DNA of 64,000 nt from Selaginella moellendorffii (GCF_000143415.4 NW_003314265.1:3778443-3842442); one strand, 5' to 3'. Counted from the first letter of the stretch, positions 23,239-37,596 are shown. The notes: generated by a model from the sequence alone, not told the origin. A program made the numbers and translations.

Positions 23239-24420
23239 TCAAGCCACATAGACATTCTTCCCGGAGAAGTGCTCCGTGTACACCTCGTGCATGTAATCCC
23301 TATAAGTCCTGCTGCGGTACTTTGCTGGACTGTCCCGGCTCACCAGCTCTGGAATCGGGCTGATCTCCGCGTCTAGTGACGGCCCCAGGAACGCCCCAAC
23401 GGACAGCCTTGAGCTCTTCGAGTTCACCATCACCCTGTGCAATATGCTCTTGTATCTCCCATTGCTGAGCTTCTGATACAAGACAATCAACCAAGACAAA
23501 GATCAATCCACAGTTTCTCAAAACGTTTTCGACTGCTCGTACCTCTAGCTGATCGCCCATGTTGACCACCAGCATTCCCTCGAGTGGCCTCACGTTGTAC
23601 CAATCCTCGCCTTGCTTCAGCTGCAATCCCCCGACTCCATCCTGGAGCACAAACGTGAGGCCGCCGCTGTCAGTGTGGCCTTCCATGCCCAAGGCCTGCC
23701 TCGGGTTCGGGCAAGCCGGATAGAAGTTTGCTCTCGTCAGAAGAACCATGTCTGCGAATGCTTCCAGAAGACGGTTTGAGCGGAGGCCAAGTCCCTCGGA
23801 CATGACCAACAGCATCCTCTTCCCGAGCTTGAAGATGTTTCTGGCGTACTCGGATCCAACGTCCCTGTTGCATATAGAGCGTCAGCAATCTAGAGCAATA
23901 CCGTAATCAAGGAGTGAGAAACTGACTTGTAGCTGGCTGGGAACGCGGGCCAGGGGTGCGCTCCGAGGGACTCTTCCTTGAGCCACATCTGGAGGTGGTC
24001 GTGCCACTCGAGCTTCTCTTCTTTCGAAGGCATCATGCTGGTGCAGTAGCGGACGGGTGTGAAGATCTCCTCGGTGTAGTATCGCATCTTGTCCTGGCTG
24101 GGCGAGTTGAAGAACTCGAGAGCGCACCTCATCACATCCTCGGTGTGAATTCCGTGGTTCTTGAGCTGCAAGTCAGAAGAACAACAACTTAGCAAACATG
24201 TACTACAGGAAAAAGATCTTTCTTGAAAACTTACGTAGAAAATTCCGTACTTTGTACAAGCGTCAACGAGATCCCTCTCGAAGCTCTCGCTTGCCACATC
24301 GACTATCGGCAGCACCGCGTACCGGGAGACATCGGCAGCTTCATTCGGCATCATGTATCTGTCTGGAACGCTGTCCAGCATCCCGTTGCAGCTGTCAACA
24401 AATGCCTTGATGCCAGCCAT
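23239..24420 (-). CDS. 2OG-Fe(II) dioxygenase (DOXC class) copy 3, 4 exons, intact
   Basis: HTDSGGLT, SILHRV and RLSV motifs; three GT-AG introns; no stops seen. Confidence 0.92.
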
Positions 24421-24895
24421 GGATGGGACTGTGTAACCAAGAAAGCTTGAAAGATGAAAGATTGTATGCTTGGATGCTAGGCTTTCTCAACTTTGAGATG
24501 CGGATATCAGTGTCCTCCCAGTGCCCTGCTTATATAGTTGCAAAAAATAAGATTTTCAGGTCGGCAGCACGAAGATGATAAAAACGTTACCATTGCGCCG
24601 ATTCCGGATCCGCCCCCGCTCAAGACCAATTTGTAGACTTTTCCGTACCCGTGACTTGACCAGCGTCCGCATCTGACCCTGCCCCAGATCCACATCAAGC
24701 GTCAATGCTCAACTTAGTTGACCCACGACATAGAAAATTGGAGCCACGAAACTTCGGAATTGTCACGTTTTTGTATCGAACAGGAAAGATCGTCCACGCA
24801 AGTCCGGTCGTGGCACGGACTGCAAAAACAAAAGCCTTTGCATAAAGGACGATGATTTTATAGAGCTTTCTTGTTACCTCACAGCGCTGGCGGCA
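24421..24895. promoter_or_regulatory. Shared divergent promoter, unit 3
   Basis: 475 bp between the ATGs, with minus-strand TATATAAG at ~24528-24535. Confidence 0.65.
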
Positions 24896-26671
24896 ATGGC
24901 GCTAGCAATGGCCAAGGAACTCTTCTCCATCGCCAGCAATCGCTGGATCATCGCAGTGTCGGGCTTCTACCTGATAGCAATCACCGGAGGCACGCTCACC
25001 AGCTTCAGCTTGTTCTCGCAAGAGCTCAAAGTCTCCCTGCATTACAAGCAAGAGTCCGTCAATACCATCAGTTTTTTCAAGGATCTCGGCACCAGCATGG
25101 CTTTCCTGGCCGGCTTGCTCAATGCGAGAGTCGGACCCCGTCTCACCATGCTCGTCTCCGCATTGCTCAACTTGTTCGGCTACACCATGGCCTGGCTCGC
25201 CATCACCCACCAGATTGCTCGTCCACCGGCATGGCAAATGAGCTTCTACATGTTTCTCGTCGGCGCCTCTGTAGGCTTTGCAGTCACGGCTGTCCTGTCG
25301 ACCTGTGCCACGAACTTCCCCAAACATCACCAGGGGATGCTGCTGAGCTTGCTCGACGGCAGCAATGGCCTGGGAGCAACCGCATTCGCGGTTGTGTTCC
25401 AGACTTTCTTCCAGTTCCACGCTCGCTCCTTTCTGCTCTTCCTGGGGCTGCTACCGACGTTCCTGTATCTGCTGCTTGGCCTCTTCCTCGGGCCCGTGCC
25501 TGTCGTCGAGAGGCCCAGCGACAAGCCCATTCTTAACTCGTTCCTCATCACCACTTTTGCCTTGGCGGGCTATCTCCTCGTCGTCACAGTCATCGAGGGG
25601 ACCATACCGAGCAGGCTTCCAGACTCGGTGCCTTTGGTGTTCTTCGGGTTGATGCTGGTCATCGTCCTACCTCCGGTTGTTCTGGTTGTCCGAGCTGAGC
25701 TTCGATCACATTCGAACGGTGCTGGTGTTGTCGATCAACTGCAAAGCATCCAGACACCACCGCCAACTGAGAAGTCTGTCGAGCAACTTGAAAGCATCCA
25801 CGCACCACCGCCAACTGATAAGTTTGAAGCTCAGCTCGCGGATATGAATTCCACCCCGAGTGCTCTGCAAGTCGTCGACCATTCTCAAGCTTCCGGCGCT
25901 GGCAGCTGCAGATGGTTCCAAGTCCCGGCGAGAGGTAAGGACTACAGGCTCGTCCACGCCTTGCTGAGCATCGATATGTGGCTCATGCTCATCGCGACTT
26001 CCTGCGGCCTGGGAACCGTGTCCACCTTCTACAACAACTTGGGCCAGCTGAGCGACTCCCTGGGATACTCCACCGCAAGGATGAACATCTTCGTGGCTCT
26101 CCTCAACATCTGGGACTTCCTGGGAGCAATCGGCTGCGGCTTTGCGTCCGAGATACTCCTGCACAAGTTTGGCATTGGACGGCCGTTCGTGTTCGCTGCG
26201 GTGGTCGGCTTTCTAGCGCTCGGCAACTTGCTCATCGCCTTGGGCCTTCCCGGCGCGCTGTACATCGGCTCCATCATCATCGGCCTCGCCACCGGAGGCC
26301 AGTGGGCGGTGCTGTCGACCATCATCGCGGAGATCTTCGGGCTCAAGCACTATGGAGTTCTCCAGAGCTTCCCAAACATCGCAAAGGGGATTGGGACGTT
26401 CGTCCTATCAGTGGAAGTTGCGGGTGTGTTTTACGATCGGCAAGCCAGGAGATACCGGGGCCCCGACACGCTGGAGGCCGGGCTCTTGTGCCACGGTGCC
26501 AAGTGCTACAGCGAAACCTTCTTCGTCATGGCCGCTACCTGTTTGTTTGGGTGCGCCATCGCCGTGGTTCTCAGCTTGAGGTCCGCCAAGTTCTACCGTG
26601 CGGAGGTGAGGCCCAAGTTGATGAGAAAAGTTGCTCCTGCTACTGTTGACGATGGAGTCCAGTCATGCTAG
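24896..26671 (+). CDS. Nodulin-like (NFD4-like) MFS transporter copy D, intronless, intact, 591 aa
   Basis: Same motifs as copy C in an uninterrupted ORF. Confidence 0.93.
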   Translation: MALAMAKELFSIASNRWIIAVSGFYLIAITGGTLTSFSLFSQELKVSLHYKQESVNTISFFKDLGTSMAFLAGLLNARVGPRLTMLVSALLNLFGYTMAWLAITHQIARPPAWQMSFYMFLVGASVGFAVTAVLSTCATNFPKHHQGMLLSLLDGSNGLGATAFAVVFQTFFQFHARSFLLFLGLLPTFLYLLLGLFLGPVPVVERPSDKPILNSFLITTFALAGYLLVVTVIEGTIPSRLPDSVPLVFFGLMLVIVLPPVVLVVRAELRSHSNGAGVVDQLQSIQTPPPTEKSVEQLESIHAPPPTDKFEAQLADMNSTPSALQVVDHSQASGAGSCRWFQVPARGKDYRLVHALLSIDMWLMLIATSCGLGTVSTFYNNLGQLSDSLGYSTARMNIFVALLNIWDFLGAIGCGFASEILLHKFGIGRPFVFAAVVGFLALGNLLIALGLPGALYIGSIIIGLATGGQWAVLSTIIAEIFGLKHYGVLQSFPNIAKGIGTFVLSVEVAGVFYDRQARRYRGPDTLEAGLLCHGAKCYSETFFVMAATCLFGCAIAVVLSLRSAKFYRAEVRPKLMRKVAPATVDDGVQSC

Positions 26672-27025
26672 CAGAGCTTTCATCTTCCATTTTTTTTGGG
26701 TCCAAGCTGTACAAGAACCAATGATCACATGAAAGGCCAAACAATAAGAGTAGAATAGGATGCTTCCAGCGTTTTTCAAAAAATAGAACTGGCAAGAGCT
26801 TCCGGAGCGACCAAATGCTTTCTTTCTTTCCTGGAGGGCCGTGCATTTCAATCGGAGGGAAGAATGCTATCATCCCAATGCTAGAAATACTCCAGCGCCA
26901 GAGCGCTTGGGATCGGATTCTTACCTCGATCGAGAGTGGATGAGAACAGGATCACTACGCCCTTTTAGGGTTTTTCGCCCTTTTGATTCAGTATTTAACT
27001 GGGCTTTTTTAGGGTTTACTCGACA

Positions 27026-28809
<1,784 letters not shown>

Positions 28810-28949
28810 AAATGCTAAAGGAAAATAGTGAGTCATACTTGCATGGAGTGTTGAGTGTCTTCATTCACAGCATGGTACCTCTGGGGTGAGGAAAGATGCC
28901 CAAGACTAGAGGAAAATATAGCTCAATAGCTGCTAAGTGAGATTAATCT

Positions 28950-30900
28950 AAATGAATATGAACAACTCAGTTTTTATTCATAAGCAGATATTTAATTTGT
29001 AAGTTAAACCTTATTTCACTGACATATCCTATATTTATGTCTACTAAATAAATGTATTTTTATTTTATTTTTTTGGTCTACCAGATTTATGGCTATGTAT
29101 TTCATCATTAGAGCTCTCTTTGTAATTTTATTTTTAGCACCTTTTTTCCTCATGAAATCTTTGAGCATGTAAATATTTAAATTATAGTTTAATTTTAAAT
29201 TAATTACTTTTTCTTCTTGTGTTCAGAGACAACATAGAGATTTCTTTCCAAGGTACACATTAATATCTATTCACTTACCAGCTTGATATAATGAGGAAGA
29301 ATGGGAATAATCATTAAAAAATTTAAGTACCAAAAAACATTTAACAAAAAATGTTTATCTATTTTATTTTACTTTTGCTATAAGGAATATTGTCATTATA
29401 ACAAATTAGATATATAAATGATACGAAAAAGTAAAACTCTTAAGAAACACTTCAAGATTTATAAAAAGGAAGATAATTAAATATATATTATTTAAAATAT
29501 ACAACACACATGCACATACATAAATATGTGTGTGTCTATATATATATATATATATAAATATTATAGGTGATATAAATAATTTTGTTAACAAAGTAAATTC
29601 AGAATTGATGAAGATATTAGAATCAACAAGTCCATTAGCACATCAACAAAGACACAATTGCTTAGAGATCTATTAACATTTATCACTATTTAAGTAGGTT
29701 CAACCATTTTTATTTTAATCTGTTTGTGTAAAATCTTAATAAATAATTTTGTTCTCACATATTTCATATATAAAATGCTAATTGTTTTAAAAATTGATTT
29801 ATTATATGTACAAAATTTGACATATATACCTTATAAAATTTACTTTTTATTTTAAAGAATTTCAACTTCATTATTCACTCTCATACATATTTTATAATTT
29901 TAAAATTTTTATGGATATAAAAAAATATACAATTACAAATATACCAATTAATATATTTTTATATCCAAAGCTAGAGAATAACTTTTAAAATATTATAAAT
30001 TTTGAATTTTCTCTTATAAATTAATGTAAAATGAATAACAGAAAAAACATTTTATGGAGATATGATACCTATTGTTTTACTAAAATCATTTAAGAAATTA
30101 AATTAATTTATTTACTAAAATAAATATAAAATGGTGTTATTAAACTTTACAATCATATTCTGATTTAAAAAGCCCACTGCTAATTAAAGAATAAAACTAA
30201 TTCTAAGTAGTAGAGTTTATCTTTTTTTTATTATAGTGTAAATAGATGGGATGAACTTTTGAGAGCGGATGCCAAATAAGTTAACAAAAATCAAAAGTAT
30301 AAATACTGTCTTCTGGAAGCACTATAACATCAATATCACATTTAACTTTACACTGAATTGTGCTTTTGGAATAGAGTAAGGATTTCAAAAATAAAAACAA
30401 TAAAGTATCCAAGGTGAGTTAAAATTTTTATATTCTAATATAATGTGGGAGATATATATCTTATATCTCATATTATATATTTTATAGGGAAAAAATGAAA
30501 ACAAAAATTAGGTGTTTTTTATTTTTTCTAATATTCTTATAATTTATTTACAATTCCTCATGATAAACTTCATTTTAAGCTTATACATCTTAAAATTTTG
30601 TCTTTAAGCTAGTGATTATTTTCAGTTGATATTTGTGACTAGAAATTAAAACACCATAATTTTAAAAAAAATTAGTAAATAGGTTAAATTTCATTACCTC
30701 TAAAACTAAAATAGAGTTGTAGAATCAAAAGATTAAATGATTGAATTTTATACATATTATTTTTAATATAATTAATATGAAATAATAAAATTGAGGATGA
30801 AGTTTCGTCTAGTCAAACTTTAAATATAACAAGTACAGCTTTTGTTATTTTTATGTTAACAAGATTTTTAGCATGTATTGCTTCATTTTTCTTTATCAAG
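28950..30900. other. Very AT-rich non-coding block with (TA)n microsatellite near 29537
   Basis: Sharp drop in GC with no credible ORF. Confidence 0.6.
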
Positions 30901-31168
30901 TAGAGACTGCAACAAATGATCCTCCAAGCTCTATGAAAGATTTCTCCTCTCTCTTCTGACAATGGCTTAGACAATGTCATATAATTCATTCCATAGAAAT
31001 ATCCACTCTTGATTGTCCCAGATTAGATGCGAATGGCGACGAAGAGTCTACGCTGAATTTAGTGAATGAACTAACGTTGGTTTGAAAGATCAAACATGGC
31101 TAAGGATAAGTTCCGAATATTCGCCCTTCTTTGAAATAATTTGGGACTCGCGTTTGGACGAGAGCGAA

Positions 31169-32615
31169 ATGGCTAAGTTTGCGATGTTGCTGTTGCCGGC
31201 TGTGGCAGCGCTCACGGCATTGGCGACAAATCCAGGGGCGGAGAACGAGGCAGTGACCGTGGAAGCGTGGGGACGAGGCGGAGCGCTCCTCTACACTCTG
31301 ACCGCTGGAACCACCACGCTTCGCATCACTGACTGGGGAGCTACGATCACCTCTCTCACAATGCTCGATCCAAGAACAGGCAAGCGTCAAGGAGTGAATG
31401 ATTGATTGATCCAATCAGTCCTGCTTTCTCTATTTATTTTTTATAGTTTTTCCAAGCTTTTCCTTGTCCAGAGTGCCAATCTCTGTCGCGACAGTCTGGT
31501 CGTCTTTGGACTCAAGTGTTTTGTCCTGACTTACAGGAAAGGATGTGGACATCGTCCTGGGGCTTGACTCGCTAGAACCTTACATGGTAAGTCCTGGAAA
31601 AACTTGCAAGGTTATTATCAGAACTCTCACCAGGATGGAACGTCACCTTACTTTGGTGCCATTGTCGGCCGGGTTGCTAACCGGATCAAAGACGCCAGGT
31701 TCACTCTCAATGGCACCACGTACTTCTTGATGGGCAACGATCATAACAACACCTTACATGGTTTGTCTTCAAATCTCGCAAAAGTAAAGGGCTAACGAGA
31801 GAGAGAGAGCAAATCACAGGAGGATTTATCGGCTATAACAACATACTCTGGCGGTCTCGAGTAGCATCAAAGGATCCTTCTTCACCGTCTGTCGAGTTTC
31901 TCCTGTACAGCTACAACACCGAGCAAGGTAAAGACCTGCAGAGACGAGTAAGAACCTTGAAACAAAAAAAAAAAAATGCCTTGCAGGATTTCCTGGCGAC
32001 ATAGACGTGACTGTAACTTATACCTTGTCTGGCGAAAACGAGCTGAGAGTGGAGCTAATCGCCTCGACCCGGAACAAGATGACACCGGTGAACTTGGCTC
32101 ATCACAGCTACTGGAACCTCGCCGGTCATAACAGCGGGAGCATCCTTAACCACACGGTAAAGATCTTGGCTTCTCACTACACCCCTGTGGATGCTCTGCT
32201 TATTCCCACCGGAGAGATTGCTCCAGTGGCGGAAACGCCGTTCGACTTCCTCGAGCCGATGAGCATCGGCAGCCGCATTGAGTCCGTCCCTGGAGGATAC
32301 GACCATAACTTCGCCTTGGATAAAACCGTTCGAGACGACGAAGGACTTTACCACGCCGTGACCCTGGAAGATCCCGTCAGCACGAGAAAGATGGAAATCT
32401 GGACGAACCAGCCAGGAGTCCAGTTCTACTCCGGTAACCAGATAGTGAGGATCGAAGGCAAAGGCGGGGCTGTCTATTCCAAGCATGCCGGCTTGTGTCT
32501 GGAGACTCAAGGCTTCCCTAACGCTGTCAACCAGCCAAACTTTCCGAGCGTGATCCTCAACTCGGGAGATGTCTATAACCATGTCATGGTCCATAAGTTC
32601 AGCAGCTCCTTGTGA
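31169..32615 (+). CDS. Aldose 1-epimerase (galactose mutarotase), secreted type, multi-exon
   Basis: Hydrophobic signal peptide, GATIT, YFGAIVGRVANRI, LHGG, NLAHHSYWNL, GYDHNF and GLCLETQ. Confidence 0.93.
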
Positions 32616-33812
32616 GATGTCTCTGCCCTCTTAAGAAATTCATGAATCCACCTCTTCTTGTTGTCCACTCCTGCAAGGTGCACCATAAAGTCTCCAGTGG
32701 AATAAGTACCTTCACGTCACGATGAAGGAAATATATCAGACGACTCAAAGAACTCCAAAACCGGCTCTTACCTTTCCACACCATTCTCGTCATTACCAGA
32801 AGTCGATACACATTTCTCCAGGTAGGCATCCAGAGGTAAGAGTTGAATAAACACTGCATTCGAGGAACGTGGATGTGCTTTTGCCTTTCCTCCGCGGGCA
32901 TAGACTGAATCAGAAACTTGAGCGCATCATTGTCTCCGCTCTTGGACTCGCCAAACGGTTTGATATGCGATGTCTGGTTCCACCACCGGGTGAGAAAGTC
33001 CCTGCTCCACGCACTGTCACGAATGAAGAACATCCCTGCAAAGAGTGTAAGCGAAAGGACACTACAAATGTAAAAAAAACTCGCCTGCATTGAATCCCGT
33101 CACGTCCTGCGTGATGATAAGATCTGGCCTGTCCTCATACTTGACATCTCCAAGCGTGGAACTCACCACCTCTTCCTAGTCTGCCAGATTAGTGCCTTTG
33201 AGATCTCAAACGAGACTTACCAGCGTCACTGCAAAGTTCGTCACGAGAGAGTCCTGGAAGGAAACTATGAGAAGCCAAAGACGAAAAAATCAATGGAGGA
33301 AGGAGAAAGATGGAGCTTACGGCATCGTTCCAGAAGATCCAGTCGTAGCTCCCCAGATGCTTGCGAACTGCCTTGATCTTGCTCCAGCTCGGGGGCCTCT
33401 CAGCGTCAAGAACGTCACTGGCGTCAATGAAGCCATAGCCATGCATCGCGGCGTATCTCTGCTTGTTGGGAGACACGAGCTGCATCATCCCGTGGAACGA
33501 TCTGTGCGGCACGGTGCTCAGATCGTCGGAGCAGCTCACAATCCCAAAACTCAACTCCTGTCGCGGGCCAATCCCACTGCTGCATTGCCTTCCAAGCCTG
33601 TTGGCATTCAAGAGGAGAAATCTGGCGCACAGAGAGGCCGCGATTGCGGTACCGGCGATGGCGAATAAGAGCGCCAATGCGGTGACGAGGAGGCGGGGGC
33701 CGCGGCGCCGCCTAATCATCCGTGAGACTGACCTCTTGTCCGAATCGCTCTTGAGTGGGGCGAGGGGGGCTAGAGAATCCTCGTGCCGCCGACGAAGGCT
33801 GCGATTTCCCAT
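32573..33812 (-). CDS. GT34 (GMA12/MNN10-family) glycosyltransferase, type II membrane, multi-exon
   Basis: N-terminal TM, NKQRYAAMHGY, RPPSWSKI, WIFWNDA-D, NAGMFFIR and GDFMVHLAG. Last exon read by hand to TAG at 32573-32575. Confidence 0.88.
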
Positions 33813-34004
33813 AGCTCTGCTTAGAACAGAGAATAGGGCAAAATGAGTTTTAAGGACATAAAGTTCCAAAGATATTTGGCTTATCTTAATATTAAACACA
33901 CTTAATGTAATTGAATAGATTTTTTGGCAAGAAACTCGCTTTATAACAGCCTTGGTGGTTTTGGATATAATCTTGGGAGAGTATAAGCTCATTAGTAGCG
34001 ATCA

Positions 34005-35526
34005 ATGGGTGATAATCGAGGGAGCTCCAAGAAGAGAGTTTTGAGCATCGATGGAGGAGGGGTGAGAGGATTGATCGCAAGCCAGATCCTGGAACACCTC
34101 GAGCAATGCCTACAAGTAAAATTTGGATAAATATTTGTTTCAATTGTTAGGATTGATCATATCAGGATTTGGATGGAGAGCATGCGAGAATAGCAGATTA
34201 TTTCGATATGATCTCTGGGACAAGCACTGGAGGGATAATGTGTTTGATGCTCGCAGTTCCCGACAGCCAAGGAAGACCCCTGTTCACAGCCAAACAGATA
34301 ACTGATTTTTACCTCAAGAACTCGAGTACCATCTTTCCTCAGAGCATGTAAAAATCATGTCTTTTTACTTCTTAGTTCCTCGTGAATTTTTTCGTATGCT
34401 TGCCAGATTTACCGCTGCAAATGGTCTCTTTGGTCCCAAGTATGCAGCCCATCCTATAGAGAGAATACTCAAATCTTATGTTGGAGATTTGAGGATGCGC
34501 GATACACTGGTACCGGTTTTGATTCCAACCTTTGATATCAAACTACAGCAGCCAGTCATATTTACTACTGCAGAGGTAGAAAAGGAATCTAGATTATTTT
34601 CATATGCAATGGTTTTCTAACAAGAACTTAAGAAACCAGGCTATTGCTGATGCTTCCAAGAATGCGTTTCTGAGAGACGTTGCCCGAGGAACATCCGCCG
34701 CTCCAACGTATTTTTCGCCCGTGGAATTCGAGACGACCGAAGGAACACGCTTCAATCTCGTGGATGGAGGCCTCGCCGCAAATAATCCAGTTACATCACC
34801 ACCTTGACCCTGTATCACTAAATCTTTCTAATTCTCAATGTTCCAGGCCTTCCTTGCTATGGTGGAAACTTTCAAAGAATCTCAGGGTGAGGGAAGCATG
34901 ACCCCGCGAACAATATTCCAGGTAATCCATCGTAGTGTTCGATATAAATCAACTTGCAAAGGTATATGGTTTCCAGAGATTTGAGGATTTGCTGGTATTA
35001 TCGCTTGGCTGTGGCAACCAAACTGTGAGTTACAGCGCCAAGGAAGCCGCGGGATGGGGTGCTTTGAGCTGGGTGACGCACCGCAATGGACCGCCAATAA
35101 CGAATATGCTCCTCAACGCGAGCTCGGACATGGTGGACTATGCAATCTCGGCGCTCTTTCAGGTCGGATTGTGCGAGGAAAACTTCTTAAGAATCCAAGT
35201 AAGAGAGATCGTATGCATGAATTGGGAAATGCTTAGTTTATTTCGTGGTCAGACGTCCACTTTGGAGAACGCGACTGGGCAAGTTGACAATTCAAAGCCA
35301 GCCAACCTTGCGGAGCTGGTTAAGATTGGGAGGCAGCTGATCAAGGAGCCGGTCAAGCGGGTCAACTTGCACAATGGCTCTTACGACCTTCGGCCGGGCA
35401 TGGAGACCAACGGGGAGGCCATTCGCAGGTTTGCAAATTTACATTTTTAGGCTGAAAGCTACATGATCAACAAAAACCAGGCTTGCAATCCGGCTGTCTC
35501 AAGAGCGTAACTTAGGGTACAGTTGA
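34005..35526 (+). CDS. Patatin-like phospholipase A (pPLA-II type), copy 1
   Basis: [31 protein letters not shown] and LSLGCG; short GT-AG introns. Confidence 0.92.
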
Positions 35527-35592
35527 GCTTACCCGTTCGAACGTGGGACGTGTAGGGTACAGTTGAGCTTACCCGTTCGAACGTGGGACGTG
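35513..35592 (+). repeat. Perfect 40-bp tandem duplication spanning the patatin-1 stop
   Basis: tagggtacagttgagcttacccgttcgaacgtgggacgtg occurs twice. Confidence 0.95.
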
Positions 35593-35964
35593 CAGCCGTG
35601 TCTTACAACTGTTACGATCGGAAAAATTCCTTCCTAATCTCTGCTCCACTCAATTCTAGAATAAGTTAGTTATTTATATAAATCAAAGGACGTACAGAAT
35701 TACGCAAGGCATCCAATTGCGTATGCATTTTGAGGTTTACGAACAGACAGGTGTACACCTTGAGATCAGTATGCCATAAGACGCTTATCCTTAGTGTATT
35801 GACGAGGCAAACGTTGCAGTGTCCCTTTTCAAAAGCACGACTCGCATTTATAAAGAGTACATAACAAATGCGTCACGGATCCTAAATAATATAAGTATGA
35901 TCCATTCCTTGGCACAGCTCCGCCCGTTTACTCTCGGGAGAATCTTCCATCGCACAGGAGTTTC

Positions 35965-37449
35965 ATGGAAACAAGCAGGAGAAGGAAGTGTGTCTTGAGC
36001 ATCGATGGCGGTGGAGTGAGGGGTGTTATTCCCGCAACGATTTTAGAGTACCTCGAGGAGTGCTTACAGGTTTCTCTTGGAAAAAAAGCAGAGTCAAAGC
36101 ATCAACTTTCATGTCTCTCTGTGTTTTCTCTTTTTTTCCGAAACAGGAGCTAGATGGTCCTAGCGCCAGGCTCGCGGATTACTTTGACACCATCGCTGGA
36201 GCCAGCACTGGAGGGATCATCGCTGCAATGCTGGGGACTCCCGGCAAAGACAATCGGCCAAGGTTCACGGCGAAAGAGGTCACTGGGTTTTACTTTGCGA
36301 ATGCGCAGAAGATATTCCCGCAGTACTTGTACGTTCTCCTTGTTATTTTGATAGAAAATATTTCGAGCTGACTCTCACTTTGACAGTCTCAAAAGCGCTG
36401 CTGGATTCTTCGGGCCAAAGTACTCCGAGAAGCCTCTGGAGAGTCTCCTACGCGAGTATATTGGCGACTTGAAGATGGGAAACACACTCGCTCCTCTTGT
36501 CATTCCAACCTTCGACACTAAACTCCAGCAGCCTGTGTTATTCGCAACTTCAGAGGTTTTTGTCCTTGCAATTTGTGTCTTCTGATAAAAGACGTTCAAG
36601 ACTTTCAGGCCAAAACAAACGAAACCAAGAATGCGTTTCTACGAGATGTTGTCCGGGGCACCACTGCGGCTCCAACTTATTTGCCTCCAAAATATTTCAA
36701 GATGCCTACAGGACAGGAATTCAACTTGGTTGATGGCGGCCTCGCCGCAAACAATCCAGTAATTTTTCACAGTTTTTTTTCCGTTTGCTCAACTATTTTC
36801 TATCTATGTACAGACTTTTATAGCGATTGTTCAAGCTCTCAAGGATTCACAAGCTCAGGATCCAGGATTAGTAGGCACTAAACTGCTCGAGGTAAATAGA
36901 TTAAACTAATGGAGCTTCTCGTTGTTTATTGTAAACTCTTATCAGAAATTCGAGGACTTGCTGGTGATTTCTCTGGGTTGTGGCAATCAAACCGTGAGCT
37001 ACACGGCCAAGGAGATAGCAACATGGGGGCCTCTTGGCTGGGTGGTTCATCAGAACGGGGCTCCAATCATCAACATTTTCTCTAACGCAAGCTCCGACAT
37101 GGTCGACCACACCATCTCGTCGCTCTTCCGGCTTGGTGTGTGCGAGCAGAACTTCCTTCGGATTCAGGTGATAGAAAAGTCGAGTTTGAAAAGGTTGTGA
37201 ATCTGGCTTTTCTCTTTTTGACAGACTTCTGAGCTCGAGGGCAGCATTAGCGAAGTTGACAACTCGAGCTTGGAGAATTTGAAGAAACTGGTCACGGTTG
37301 GGAAAGGTTTGTTGAAACAGCGAGTGCAAATGGTGAATTTGGAAACTGGTGCCTATGAAATTATTGCCAATAGGACTGAAACTAACCAAGAAGCCATTAA
37401 GAGGATGGCTACCTGGTTATCACAAAATAGAAAGGACAAAATTCCATAA
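35965..37449 (+). CDS. Patatin-like phospholipase A, copy 2
   Basis: [21 protein letters not shown] and DGGLAANNP; tandem paralog of copy 1. Confidence 0.92.
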
Positions 37450-37596
37450 CATTTTCGAACTATTTTTAACAAGACTTTTAATAATTACTAAGAATCTTGT
37501 TTGATTCCGCAAGAAAAACAGTTGATAAGTAGAAACTCTGCACTGTTTGAATACTAACGAACTTACGTAGATGTTTTTCTTTTTGGGTTTAAATTT

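Larger units (their letters stand above)
1..26945. repeat. Tandem segmental array of [spacer - 2OGD(-) - shared promoter - MFS(+)], base unit ~6.2 kb, 3 full units plus one partial
   Basis: MFS ends at ~136, 7328, 16102 and 26671. 2OGD genes at 4309-5482, 12720-13893 and 23239-24420. Spacer blocks are near-identical (e.g. 621-880, 7887-8120, 21052-21290). Confidence 0.95.

Noticed and set aside
28950-30900. AT-rich block as a MITE or Helitron
   Set aside because: I could not find terminal inverted repeats, a TSD or a Helitron 3' hairpin by eye.
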